A DNA stretch of 64,000 bases from Negativicutes bacterium (GTDB taxonomy: Bacteria; Bacillota; Negativicutes; UBA1444): the NCBI GenBank assembly GCA_963665275.2, contig CAXXIN010000003.1:32001-96000 (forward strand), given 5' to 3'. Below, one piece after another: positions 10,439 to 20,252 of the stretch (position 1 is the stretch's first letter; the number at the start of each line of letters is the position of its first letter). The notes under the pieces were generated by a model that saw nothing but the letters and a program-made list of their open reading frames with translations, had not been told where the DNA came from and searched no databases. The translations under genes and the position numbers were made by a program.

Positions 10439-10765
10439 TTATTGCGTGAGTAAAACGCCTTGCTGAAGTTGAAACTGTTTATCCAAATGGGTCATTTCAA
10501 ACAACTCTTTGACGAGTCCATGGAGTCCCTCCAGTTTGAGGCTTCCACCTTTTTGCACAACTTGCCTGCGAACAAAAACCAACATTCCCAAACCCGTACT
10601 ATCGATATAATCGACTTGCGATAAGTCAACAACAAACATTTTATGACCCTTATTAATCAAGTACATAAAGGTTTCACGGATATCAGTCGCATCCTCGACA
10701 TAGATGCTCCCGACTACAACAATGTGCATTTCCCCATCAATCAGCGTTGTCTTCTCAATCATCAT
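10439..10765 (-). CDS. STAS anti-sigma-factor antagonist (copy 2)
   Basis: VDLSQVDYIDSTGLGML; clear paralog of copy 1. Confidence 0.9.
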   Translation of the reverse strand: MMIEKTTLIDGEMHIVVVGSIYVEDATDIRETFMYLINKGHKMFVVDLSQVDYIDSTGLGMLVFVRRQVVQKGGSLKLEGLHGLVKELFEMTHLDKQFQLQQGVLLTQ

Positions 10766-11092
10766 TTCATCCTTTTGCCAATTTCAAATTTGTGGACATC
10801 AATACTGCGTTTTCACACTATTGTCTGTGGAAGCGGGATGAAAATTCAGCTATCGTGAAACAATGAATACAATCAATAGCGCCCAAAAGGCATTGCGAAA
10901 ATCCGCTCAATGTAAAATAATAGTAGTAACGATATGCGTTACACAGAGATAGAGAAAAAGTGCTTAGTCCTTCGCTGAGATCCGTAGAAAAGTTTGCGTA
11001 TTGCGGCAGTTCATATGTCGGCAATTGAAGATAAAAATAGCCAAAAATTAATTTCGGCCATAAATTACTCTGCTTAACCCAATGTTAAGAAA

Positions 11093-11175
11093 GGCAACCT
11101 GGCAATCATAGACCGTAATCCGTAGACCCATAGCTTTGCGTCCTTATCTTTCGATAAGTTTGCCGCGATTAAATT
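11093..11175 (-). ncRNA. Cyclic-di-GMP-I (GEMM) riboswitch
   Basis: Minus strand reads GGCAAACTTATC-GAAA-GATAAGGACGCAAAGCTATGGGTCTACGG...ATGATTGCCAGGTTGCC: GAAA tetraloop stem plus the GACGCAAAG/GGTCTA core. Confidence 0.88.
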
Positions 11176-11325
11176 ATCAACGGTCCAATCTCGTCCAGTA
11201 TTGGGTCCGGAAGCTTACAGTAATAATATATCGCAAAGTTTTGGGACTGTCTATGGGCGTATGGGATAACAAAATTGAATAATCGGGATAATTGCAAAAA
11301 CAATCTATTTCGAGGGGGAATAACG

Positions 11326-11742
11326 GTGTCACAGACAACGCTTAAAGTCACCGCGGCGCTGCTCAAGCATAATAACAAGATTTTAATTGCCCAACGGACC
11401 AATTCTGGACGCTTCGCCAACAAATGGGAGTTTCCCGGAGGAAAAATCGATCCCGGCGAAACGCCGCAAGAAGCTTTGATGCGTGAGTTGCAAGAAGAAC
11501 TCGGAATGGAAACAAAAATCGGTCCTCTTTACAGCGACACAATTTATCCCTACGAATATGGGGAGATTCGACAATTTACCTACTGGGTTGAATGGTCGAA
11601 CCTCCCTGACGACATCCATTTGTTCGAACATCAGGCTATTGCCTGGGTTACTCCTGCAGAAATGGCGCAATACGATTTTGCCGGGGCAGATTATGCCGTA
11701 GTCGAGAAATTGCAAAAAGAGGCAACTAGCTCCTCATTGTGA
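11326..11742 (+). CDS. MutT/NUDIX hydrolase
   Basis: WEFPGGKIDPGETPQEALMRELQEELG Nudix box. Confidence 0.9.
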   Translation: MSQTTLKVTAALLKHNNKILIAQRTNSGRFANKWEFPGGKIDPGETPQEALMRELQEELGMETKIGPLYSDTIYPYEYGEIRQFTYWVEWSNLPDDIHLFEHQAIAWVTPAEMAQYDFAGADYAVVEKLQKEATSSSL

Positions 11743-12342
11743 GGCGCCTAGCACTTTCGCGTTCATTACTGTTTCGAATTCAGCAAAGGTAAACGCCCCT
11801 TCAATAATTTTTTCTTCACCAAAGAAGACAGTCGGCACCCACTCAATTTTCTTGTCTATGCATTCGTGTTCGTGCTCCAGGAGCACTTTCTCATAACAAC
11901 CACTTCCCAACGCTTGCCGCAAGGCATTCTCATTCAGCCCGACTTGTCTGGCAATCGTCACAAGCACTTCCATGTCGCCAATATTCTTTTTATCAACAAA
12001 ACTGGCATGATACACAGCATCAATCCACGCATGCAGTTTTCGGTTTTTCCTGGCGACTTCCACGGCGGCAAGCGCCCAACGCGTATTGGGAACGAAAACT
12101 TTTTCGCCTGGGGCCAGCCCTACAGGTGCGCCAAGCGCATTGAGCTTTTGTCGCCTTTCCGCCAAATCCACCCCCTGCAAAACATCCTGAATATTGCGCC
12201 CTTCACGGGGGATTTCAGGATGGATTTCCCAGCTCACCCAGTCATCATTTAATTCGCCGCTTTCTCTGATCTTTTTGAAATACCCCCAGGCAAGATAGCA
12301 ATACGGACATGAAAAGTCAAAAAATATTCTCAATGGTTTCAA
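11734..12342 (-). CDS. DsbA/FrnE-family oxidoreductase
   Basis: FFDFSCPYCY and VPT motifs. Confidence 0.85.
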   Translation of the reverse strand: MKPLRIFFDFSCPYCYLAWGYFKKIRESGELNDDWVSWEIHPEIPREGRNIQDVLQGVDLAERRQKLNALGAPVGLAPGEKVFVPNTRWALAAVEVARKNRKLHAWIDAVYHASFVDKKNIGDMEVLVTIARQVGLNENALRQALGSGCYEKVLLEHEHECIDKKIEWVPTVFFGEEKIIEGAFTFAEFETVMNAKVLGASQ

Positions 12343-12364
12343 CGTTAAGTTCCCCCCTTATTTT

Positions 12365-12895
12365 CTATCGCTTTCGTACAACTTTAACTTTTTTTCGTAG
12401 AGCTGATACTTGCAATTGACTTTTTATAACACCATCAACAATATCAACAATATCAGCCTGAAAAAAGAAATACGGTGCAAACGAATGAATAACACCTATT
12501 TTATAATTACCCACAATTTGGATCAATAGAAAATAGTCAGCAGGAGAAATATTAAACCAGTAGCTTTTGCCTTGCTTTTCGCGGCAAAAGATACAAGACA
12601 TATCGTAGCCTAACCCCGATTCACTTTTCTTGATTGTCAATTGCATATAACAATCATCGAGTTCAGGCAGACACTCCTCAACAGCAAACGTATACCCGCT
12701 AACAATCTGCTTGAACAATTCTTTTTCGTCATCATCGCAGCTAAAATAGTCTTGTTTTTCTTTTAGTTCTGCCATTATAGGCATCTGTTCCTTTCTCTGC
12801 ACATTAATCAAAGCGCGTGCATACGTGGCGATCCCTTCCGGGGTCATCAGTTCATCTGCCGAAAACTGTTTCTCAACGTCGTCAATCTCAGACAT
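12365..12895 (-). CDS. Hypothetical protein
   Basis: 176-aa ORF; GAGGTG RBS. Confidence 0.6.
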   Translation of the reverse strand: MSEIDDVEKQFSADELMTPEGIATYARALINVQRKEQMPIMAELKEKQDYFSCDDDEKELFKQIVSGYTFAVEECLPELDDCYMQLTIKKSESGLGYDMSCIFCREKQGKSYWFNISPADYFLLIQIVGNYKIGVIHSFAPYFFFQADIVDIVDGVIKSQLQVSALRKKVKVVRKR

Positions 12896-13005
12896 CTTTT
12901 GCGCACCTCACGTTCCCATCATTTTTTTGTTTTGGGGGTAATTCAGTTATAGAAATTATAACACGGAAAAGCACCAGCCAGATCGCAACCCTCGTAGTCT
13001 TCACG

Positions 13006-13055
13006 CATGACAAGAGGCTCACCGTATCAAATGATCCGGTGAGCCTCTTGTCATG
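13006..13055. terminator. Long hairpin
   Basis: gcatgacaagaggctcaccg...cggtgagcctcttgtcatgc inverted repeat. Confidence 0.65.
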
Positions 13056-13097
13056 CACACGAAGAGAACACTAATACTTATTGGTGGGGTTACTCAT

Positions 13098-13205
13098 GGC
13101 GATTTTTCAAATCAAGTGCAACAGGCAACCGCAAAAACTTCAGCCGGGGTTTTCCATTGGAGTCGTTTACGTGGGCGATTATTCAGTAGCTCACCGGCTA
13201 TATTC
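13098..13205 (-). mobile_element. IS30-family remnant (transposase C-terminus and right end)
   Basis: Minus strand reads ..LLNNRPRKRLQWKTPAEVFAVACCT*, followed by a GTTGCACTTGATTTGAAAAATCGCC end typical of IS30. Confidence 0.75.
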
Positions 13206-13300
13206 ACAGCGCCGAACTGGCGCACCACCTCCATGGTTATTTTACCAACCATTCGCTGTGTCCGCAAAACTCAATACGGTTCAATAACAGCACGCTCGTC

Positions 13301-14422
13301 TTAATAATTTCCCATTTCTTTTTTTTGTTTGTCCTCGTACATTCGCCGATCACTGTGTTGAATCATTTCATCAACAGTATTATAAGTATTATCAAAAACC
13401 GTCAACCCATAACTGAAACTAATTCGATAGGGCAGGACATTGTTCGCGTTAAAAACACTGATTCTGTCAATCAGTGTTCCGATATACTGCTCAACCTTTT
13501 CTTTTCGATCCTCTCTCATCAAGACCATGAATTCATCGCCGCCCACACGAACCGGCACACCCTTGCCGTCGAATACTGTCTTCAATTCTGCTGCAAACAC
13601 CCGCAATACTTTATCGCCTTCGTGATGCCCATAAAGATCATTAATACTTTTAAAGTTATCCAGATCAATATTCACTACCGCTAAAACGATGTTGCTCTTC
13701 CGGCGATAACTTGCGAGACATTCATCATATGCCAACCGATTGCCCAGCCCCGTTAATGGATCGATTTTGGTCTGGCTGTGCAAAATAAATATGTAGTTAA
13801 CAACAATGGAAATCGCCATACTGTTCCAGATCGTCAAATACACAAAATATTTCAATTGGAAGATTGACATCACTATCGTAATGAGCGACAGCAAGCTCAA
13901 TATGAACAATTCTTCCTTATTGAGCTTCCGGCGGCTTTCATATAAAAACAACAAATTCAGTAAGTAATAAAAGGATAGCGTCAGGGGAGAGACGAAAAAT
14001 AACGGCCCCCGTTCGTACACATTTTCGCTGGTAATATGAAAGATCCAATTGAAATGAAAGCTGCCCAAAGACATAATGCCACATAGCACAACAGGGAAAC
14101 TCAGCCAAAAGAACTTATTCCGCGAAAGCTTGATATATTCATTCGTTCTTTTATATACGTACAACGCGGCCAGAATGGGCACTGCGGGCGCCAAAGCAAA
14201 CCCTAATGTGTCGACCAACTTATGGGCATTGATGAAGTTCGTATTGTGACTGGAGTTTAGCGCAACGCTTAAGATTTCCAGCACCAATATCAAGATCGTT
14301 GCCACAATCAATTCAAAAAACAATCTAAGAGCATGTTCTTTGCGATCGAATTTAAAGCAAGCATAAGCAAAAATTATTGATAATAACAGCACCATGAAAA
14401 TATTCAGCTGAATCGCCAGCAA
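13301..14422 (-). CDS. Membrane-bound diguanylate cyclase
   Basis: About 7 TM N-terminus; DPLTGLGNR, DLDNFKSIND..GH.EGD and RVGGDEF motifs. Confidence 0.9.
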   Translation of the reverse strand: MLAIQLNIFMVLLLSIIFAYACFKFDRKEHALRLFFELIVATILILVLEILSVALNSSHNTNFINAHKLVDTLGFALAPAVPILAALYVYKRTNEYIKLSRNKFFWLSFPVVLCGIMSLGSFHFNWIFHITSENVYERGPLFFVSPLTLSFYYLLNLLFLYESRRKLNKEELFILSLLSLITIVMSIFQLKYFVYLTIWNSMAISIVVNYIFILHSQTKIDPLTGLGNRLAYDECLASYRRKSNIVLAVVNIDLDNFKSINDLYGHHEGDKVLRVFAAELKTVFDGKGVPVRVGGDEFMVLMREDRKEKVEQYIGTLIDRISVFNANNVLPYRISFSYGLTVFDNTYNTVDEMIQHSDRRMYEDKQKKEMGNY

Positions 14423-14530
14423 TGCATTAATCGACCATCCCCTCCTATGCTGTTTTTTTTGCTTAGTAGTTTACAGTGGCATTATATCATTTTTTCTGTC
14501 TTGGCATTGTTTTCGGCTTCCTAAATTACC

Positions 14531-14568
14531 AGAAAGACTCTTCGGATAATCACCCGAAGAGTCTTTCT
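14531..14568. terminator. Family B hairpin
   Basis: agaaagactcttcgg-ataatcac-ccgaagagtctttct. Confidence 0.75.
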
Positions 14569-14595
14569 TTTTAAGCCTGATCAATTGCAATACGA

Positions 14596-15054
14596 TTATA
14601 AGAAAATACGAACGACTATCGCGCCTATCTCGGCATCAATTACCCCGAGTCTGTGCTGATATCTCTCATTTTCAAACCTTTGGCGTTCATGCCATTCACG
14701 CTCATTTTCCCAGGCGCGTCGACGCATTTCCCATTCGTGTTGCGCTAATTCGCGGCGCTGCCATTCTTCACGCTCGTGGCGTTCCCATTCGGCTCGCTCG
14801 CTCCAATGCCAATTCTGTCTCGGTTGTTCATTCCGGTATCGATCCATCCGCTGCTGCTCCTGATGTTGCCATTCATTACGCCGACGTTCGTCCCGTTGCC
14901 GATGTTCTTGGTACCGATCGTGATTTTGACGTTGTTCCTGCTGTTGCCTGTTATCGTGATTGTTCGGCGCGGCCTGTACCACCGATGCGCCTAGGCCGCT
15001 CATCATAATTCCCGCTAGAGTATATACGATTAGTTTTTGTGCTTGTTTTGCCAC
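14596..15054 (-). CDS. Signal-peptide, Q/R/E/H/W-rich low-complexity protein (paralog 1)
   Basis: AAGGAG RBS before GTG 15054; signal ends VQA-A; homologous to 22751-23185. Confidence 0.7.
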   Translation of the reverse strand: MAKQAQKLIVYTLAGIMMSGLGASVVQAAPNNHDNRQQQEQRQNHDRYQEHRQRDERRRNEWQHQEQQRMDRYRNEQPRQNWHWSERAEWERHEREEWQRRELAQHEWEMRRRAWENEREWHERQRFENERYQHRLGVIDAEIGAIVVRIFL

Positions 15055-15151
15055 GAATTCCAACTCCTTTACTCGATGTATTCCGTTGCGTTTAGGGCGC
15101 AAATCCTTACCTCACAGTTTCCCTTTGCTTTCTTTTATTATGCACCTCAAA

Positions 15152-15179
15152 TGTGTCCGAAATGTGTCATAGATGTGTC
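15152..15179 (-). promoter_or_regulatory. Three TGTGTC direct repeats with 11-bp period (OmpR/PhoB-type boxes)
   Basis: tgtgtc at 15152, 15163 and 15174; same phasing upstream of the paralog. Confidence 0.55.
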
Positions 15180-15238
15180 TATTCTATGTTTTTAGCATAA
15201 TGGGCGGTCGCTATACCCATTTCTTAAACTTAACCCGA

Positions 15239-15284
15239 AAATATCAAGGCTCCTCGGAAGCAAATCCGAGGAGCCTTGATATTT
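15239..15284. terminator. Family B hairpin
   Basis: aaatatcaaggctcctcgga-agcaaa-tccgaggagccttgatattt. Confidence 0.75.
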
Positions 15285-15358
15285 TTCTGCACACTCTCGA
15301 TAGTTTACACCTGTCATTTCGCGAAAAGATGATATAGTAGTAGGGGAGCTGATTTTAA

Positions 15359-15631
15359 ATGTCTAGCCAAGTTGAACTGTTCAAAACTTTGTGTCAGCGT
15401 TATCTCGATGGGCAACTGGGTGCGAGTGATTATCTTTTCGCGTATGAAGAACTCTATATCTCATCTGAGGTAACTTTGTCTGAAAGAGAGTTCGTGGTTT
15501 TCGATGGTATCTACATCATTAATGCCCGTTTCGAACCAAATGGCAAAATTCGCAAAGGGGATAAGTACCTTATTGACGAAAGCGAATTGCAGCGACTAAT
15601 ACAAAAGAGTGTTAGCGGTTTAGTCTCATGA
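15359..15631 (+). CDS. Colicin D immunity-like protein
   Basis: 90 aa; pattern L..RYLDGQLGASDY..AY..LY...F....D...IDESELQR resembles the ImmD family. Confidence 0.55.
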   Translation: MSSQVELFKTLCQRYLDGQLGASDYLFAYEELYISSEVTLSEREFVVFDGIYIINARFEPNGKIRKGDKYLIDESELQRLIQKSVSGLVS

Positions 15632-15718
15632 AGTGTTTGCGATCTACGTCAGCACAGAAGGAATCGTTTCTTATACGTCGAAAAAAAACAATAATAAATT
15701 GTGATTGGAGATATTGTT

Positions 15719-16288
15719 ATGAAGAAAAACCTGTTTTCTGGGCTGAAGATTGGAATAGGCTTATTAGCAATGATTCTTGTGGCTTTTTCACCTGCTACAC
15801 TTTCTGGAATAGCGTTAGCCCAGCAACTTAGTAGCCAAGATTCCAAAACAAATTATACGAAAATTGGGTATGCTCTTATGAAGGAAAACATGGGATTTTT
15901 GTCCATCGGTATTCCCGATAGTGTCGTTGTGAAAAATCTCGGCGAACCAGAGAAAAAATCCACAGCGCGAATTTGGGGCGCCGATGGAATGGAACACCAG
16001 AGTTGGCATTATCAAAGCCAGGGCATTGAGTTGGATATGATCCTAAAGGGAAGTACACAGATCGTTGACAGAATCTCTATCCAAAGTCCTTGTGATTATA
16101 AAACCCAAAGGGGTATTCAAATCGGCAGCAAAGAGATAGAAGTCCAAACTGCTTATAAAGCTGAGATTAATCCTCATGACAGCAAGCCCGACTCAACGCT
16201 CGTCGCTGGCACCATTTATGGAGGTATCATATTTGGCTTAAGAGAGGGTATTGTAACCTCGATCTTCATCGGTGCTGCTGCGGAATAG
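15719..16288 (+). CDS. Hypothetical secreted protein
   Basis: Signal peptide; LGEPEKK and KTQRGIQIGS...V..AY repeats (BLIP/SmpA-like). Confidence 0.65.
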   Translation: MKKNLFSGLKIGIGLLAMILVAFSPATLSGIALAQQLSSQDSKTNYTKIGYALMKENMGFLSIGIPDSVVVKNLGEPEKKSTARIWGADGMEHQSWHYQSQGIELDMILKGSTQIVDRISIQSPCDYKTQRGIQIGSKEIEVQTAYKAEINPHDSKPDSTLVAGTIYGGIIFGLREGIVTSIFIGAAAE

Positions 16289-16302
16289 ATTTGTATTCAC
16301 TT

Positions 16303-16842
16303 TCACCGCTTGCCTAACACACTTCCCAGGCAATGATCCAACGGAATGCTGCCCAGTCGTCGACTATCCAGACTATTGTTTCGGTTATCGCCCATCACGA
16401 AAATATGTCCCGGTGGAACAATCACTGTTTTGTCTTCGTAAGAACTTGCTTGCTCCTTCAAGTATGTTTCTGCAAGTCGATTCTGGTTCCGATACACCAC
16501 CCCATTTCTGAATTCAAGTGTATCGCCCGGTTTGCCAATCACTCTTTTGACATAAACATACTCTGGCTGGCTCAGCCATTTTTCAATCGGATCAACCAAG
16601 TCATCTTTGACGCTGCGTTCACGATGGATTCGACTGTCAATCACGACAACATCGCCATAATCCGGTAGTTGAGCAAAAGTGTGCACCACTTTTTGGACAA
16701 AAAGGTTTTCGCCATCATGCAAGGTTGGTTCCATTGAGGGGCCAGCGACCACCATCCGTTGAAAAACAAAAGCATTAATAAACAGTGCGAGCGCCAAAGC
16801 AATGACTATACTCGATATCCAATCCCAAATCGTTTTAACCAC
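16303..16842 (-). CDS. lepB: Signal peptidase I
   Basis: GPSMEPTL, YVKRVIGKPGD and FVMGDNRNNSLDSR motifs. Confidence 0.92.
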   Translation of the reverse strand: MVKTIWDWISSIVIALALALFINAFVFQRMVVAGPSMEPTLHDGENLFVQKVVHTFAQLPDYGDVVVIDSRIHRERSVKDDLVDPIEKWLSQPEYVYVKRVIGKPGDTLEFRNGVVYRNQNRLAETYLKEQASSYEDKTVIVPPGHIFVMGDNRNNSLDSRRLGSIPLDHCLGSVLGKR

Positions 16843-17160
16843 AGATATCCATCCTCCCGAACATTGATCATTCTTAATTATGCCATTTCACGTATAGTTT
16901 TATAGTACCATTTTTCTCCGAATTTGAAAGCCCCTCAATTAGACCTTGCGACCAATTCGTGAAGTCTATTTTTTAGCAAATCAAAAACATAGGGGCCGGT
17001 AATGATACCGCCCCCCCCTTATCATATGCGACAGGTTGCTGCAGATTTCTTCCGCAACGCACTGTCTATGCATTCTGCAAATGGTTAGCAGCCTGAGTTC
17101 AATTCACGGGTACTCTTCAAAGAAGAGTACCCGTTCTGTTGCCGCCAACCAAAAATGGAT

Positions 17161-17454
17161 CTATTTTTTCTGTTCGGTAAATGTGTGCCAGTGCCCGCAA
17201 CTCTCATAGCCATGCTCTCCATTATTTGGCATGCCTAGTCCGGTTGCCATATCGCCGGTGTAGTCAACTTTTTGAAAAAACTGATCACTTACCGCTGGAT
17301 CGGTTGTCGAATAGTCAATTCCGGAAGATGAAACTGCAACAAGTTCGGCGAACTGCTGCCCTTTCGGTGCATCATTATATTTTCGATGATAAGTTCCCAT
17401 TTCATCGCGGCCCTGGGATATCTCCTGTAGCAGCTTCGTTAATGGTTCAGACAT
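17161..17454 (-). CDS. Hypothetical protein
   Basis: GGGAGG RBS; followed by a hairpin at 17106-17134. Confidence 0.5.
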   Translation of the reverse strand: MSEPLTKLLQEISQGRDEMGTYHRKYNDAPKGQQFAELVAVSSSGIDYSTTDPAVSDQFFQKVDYTGDMATGLGMPNNGEHGYESCGHWHTFTEQKK

Positions 17455-17585
17455 GATTGTTTCCTCCCTTATTCTGCTTATGCTTTCTATATTGAACGAA
17501 GTGGAGAAGTTTTTCCGTAATCATTCCCGTTCCTTGGCTTAACTTCATCTTCGATGAATCAGCTAAATTGTTATGCTTTCTATAT

Positions 17586-18143
17586 TCACCGCTTATTACC
17601 CCCACCCACTTTATTACTTGGGTTAGCTTCATCCTCAATGACCTTCCACTCATCCTTGAGTGAGATCTGGCAGCTTCTCGCAAAGGCTGTAATAACGCTC
17701 ATAAGTTCTTTATAGTGAGCTTCGTCGACTTTTTTCATCAATATTAAATCGCCGAGATTATGATTCAACGCATCCATCTCTATCAGCAATTTCTCATGTT
17801 TCGGTTCATTCAAAAGCAAGGTAATCAGGTAGCTCGCTTTTAGAAAATCGCTATAGAGACTATCCTTGCCGTCTTCATTCGAGCCGGCTTTTTTTGCCAC
17901 AAAGAAGGCTTTTGCCAAATACTCGGCCATAGACTCCCTTGATAAATTGAGCAGCTTGATTTTTTCAGACGTAATCAACTCTTTGTAGGTCATCGAAAAC
18001 CGTGAAATTTGGTCATTACGGTTTTTCTTGACTAACGCCTGGTTGGTAAAATACCAGACTGCGATAGCGACCAGACCAGAGATCATCACCGGTACCACTA
18101 CAACAAACAAGCCAATATAGTCGTTTACGAATGCCGCCATCAA
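17586..18143 (-). CDS. Hypothetical N-terminal TM protein
   Basis: 185-aa ORF with one TM and a helical cytoplasmic part. Confidence 0.6.
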   Translation of the reverse strand: MMAAFVNDYIGLFVVVVPVMISGLVAIAVWYFTNQALVKKNRNDQISRFSMTYKELITSEKIKLLNLSRESMAEYLAKAFFVAKKAGSNEDGKDSLYSDFLKASYLITLLLNEPKHEKLLIEMDALNHNLGDLILMKKVDEAHYKELMSVITAFARSCQISLKDEWKVIEDEANPSNKVGGGNKR

Positions 18144-18371
18144 AAACCACCCCGTTTGAATACGCTCCGCGAAGTCTCAGAAATATTGCACCGAATAGCT
18201 TCAAGTGCATGTCTTTAGACTACGCTCAATTCACTCAGAGTACATTAGAACGACGATATAGCTTTGCATATGAAAGTCCGAATTGTTTTATAACGCTAGC
18301 ACAATTTATCATTGACCCCTGTGCTCGAGTTGAACAAACGTACAGGTCTGGAGACCCTACCTCATTGGCGC

Positions 18372-19802
18372 TCAAAAAGGCAACCTCAGGAATATTTTGG
18401 CATATCCCATCACTCGCTTAACTGTAATTAGTTTCTTTTCATTATAGGGTGGAAATAATATATTGATCGTAATTTTACTACTTCGCTTCAATACGCTTTT
18501 TCGATGCGAAAATGTCAAAAAGCTATCATAACCATGATAGGAGCCCATACCGGAATTTCCTACACCACCAAACGGAAGCCGAGGGTTGGCTAAATGGGTA
18601 ATCGTGTCATTAATGCAAACGCCACCGGACGACACTTCATTTAGCACTTTTACTTCTACATCCTTATTGGTAGTAAATAAATACAGTGCAAGAGGCTTGG
18701 GTAACTTTTTAATATCTTCCATTGCTCTATCGAGGTTGTTATACGTCATGAAGGGAAGAACGGGCCCAAAGATTTCGTCCTCCATACTCGCCGTGTTCCA
18801 TGACTCAACTTCAATAAGCGTCGGTTCAATATACTTCGTTTCCTCATCATAGCGTCCACCATAAACGATACCGGCACTGTCGCGCTCAATTATATTTTTT
18901 ATACGATTGAAGTGTTTATTGTTAATAATACGTCCAAAGCAATCGCTTTTTTGGGGATCTGCTCCAAAAAACTCTTGAATGACTTTTTTCATCTCACCAA
19001 CTAATTCTTCCTTGATGGCTTCATGAACCAAAAGATAGTCGGGCGCTACACAAGTCTGCCCTGCATTGAGCGTTTTTCCCCAAATAATTCTTTGAGCAGC
19101 GATTTTAATATTTGCACTTTCATCAACGATTACCGGGCTTTTCCCACCAAGTTCCAATGTAACCGGAACCAGGTTTTTGGCGGCAGCTGCCATGACAATT
19201 TTGCCAACCCCAACACTTCCGGTGAAAAACATATAATCAAATGTTGCATTGATTAAGGCAGTAGTGGTTTCAACATTCCCCTCTACAGAACGTACGTAGT
19301 TCGAATCAAACCCCGTTGAAATCATCTCTGTAACGATTGCCGAAACAGTGGGTGACACTTCGGAGGGTTTCAACACCGCACAGTTCCCGGCAGAAATTAC
19401 GCCAACCAACGGTTCCATTAATAGCTGAAATGGATAATTGTAAGGCCCAATTACCAAAACGGTTCCATAGGGTTCGTTCATAACAACGCTTTTAGCAGGA
19501 AATAAATAAATTGGAGTTCTTACTTTCGTAGGATTGGCCCATTTTTTCAGATTTCTAATTGCATCTTCAATGCTATAATATACAAATCCAATTTCCGTAG
19601 TATAGGATTCGAATTCAGGTTTACCCAAGTCCATCTTTAAAGCTGCGAGAATCTTACTTTCATATTTTTCTATCCCTGCCCGTAATTTCTTCAATTGTTC
19701 AATACGAAAATCCAAACTTTTTGTTTTTTGTGTTTTAAAAAAGCCATTATGTGACTTCAAAATATTCTCTGCATCTTGCGACGTTAATTCTATAGACTTC
19801 AT
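18372..19802 (-). CDS. Aldehyde dehydrogenase (class 3 / YwdH-like)
   Basis: GPYNYP, FFTGS, TLELGGKSP, NAGQTCVAPD, EIFGP and PFGGVGNSG motifs. Confidence 0.93.
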   Translation of the reverse strand: MKSIELTSQDAENILKSHNGFFKTQKTKSLDFRIEQLKKLRAGIEKYESKILAALKMDLGKPEFESYTTEIGFVYYSIEDAIRNLKKWANPTKVRTPIYLFPAKSVVMNEPYGTVLVIGPYNYPFQLLMEPLVGVISAGNCAVLKPSEVSPTVSAIVTEMISTGFDSNYVRSVEGNVETTTALINATFDYMFFTGSVGVGKIVMAAAAKNLVPVTLELGGKSPVIVDESANIKIAAQRIIWGKTLNAGQTCVAPDYLLVHEAIKEELVGEMKKVIQEFFGADPQKSDCFGRIINNKHFNRIKNIIERDSAGIVYGGRYDEETKYIEPTLIEVESWNTASMEDEIFGPVLPFMTYNNLDRAMEDIKKLPKPLALYLFTTNKDVEVKVLNEVSSGGVCINDTITHLANPRLPFGGVGNSGMGSYHGYDSFLTFSHRKSVLKRSSKITINILFPPYNEKKLITVKRVMGYAKIFLRLPF

Positions 19803-19859
19803 CAAACAACACCTCATCTTACATTTTCGCCACAGCTGCAAGAAGTCTTTCTGAGTATG

Positions 19860-20117
19860 TCATTCGAAGGAGAAAAACTCCTTCCAGGTTGGATGCGCTA
19901 AATGATATTCTTTCCTGGCTTCCCGATTTATTGCTTCAATGCGAGGATCGGAATCCGGAGAAGGCGCCTCATCGTTCTTTTTAATATCCCTGTCAAATAA
20001 TTGATTGCTCACAAACGGAATCGGAATTACTATTTCTCCCTCAATCGCCTTTCCCTCAGCATCAAAAGGAAATAGCGATAACAGCACGCCTGCGATAATC
20101 ACTATTTTCCATAGCAT
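19860..20117 (-). CDS. Small hypothetical secreted protein
   Basis: 85-aa ORF with signal-peptide-like N-terminus. Confidence 0.5.
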   Translation of the reverse strand: MLWKIVIIAGVLLSLFPFDAEGKAIEGEIVIPIPFVSNQLFDRDIKKNDEAPSPDSDPRIEAINREARKEYHLAHPTWKEFFSFE

Positions 20118-20252
20118 GGCATTAGTCTCTATCTTTCATTGCAATATGCCCATTATAAAGCGTGGTTTCAGTTTTGTGCAGAATTCAATCATAACCATGG
20201 TCACCTAATCCTTAGAAGTATTTGAATTTTTTAATGCTACCTTAAGTCTACG

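Noticed and set aside
10965-11005. Second c-di-GMP aptamer (ACGCAAAC...TCTACGGAT on the minus strand)
   Set aside because: Only two short words match; the GAAA tetraloop stem and P1 are missing
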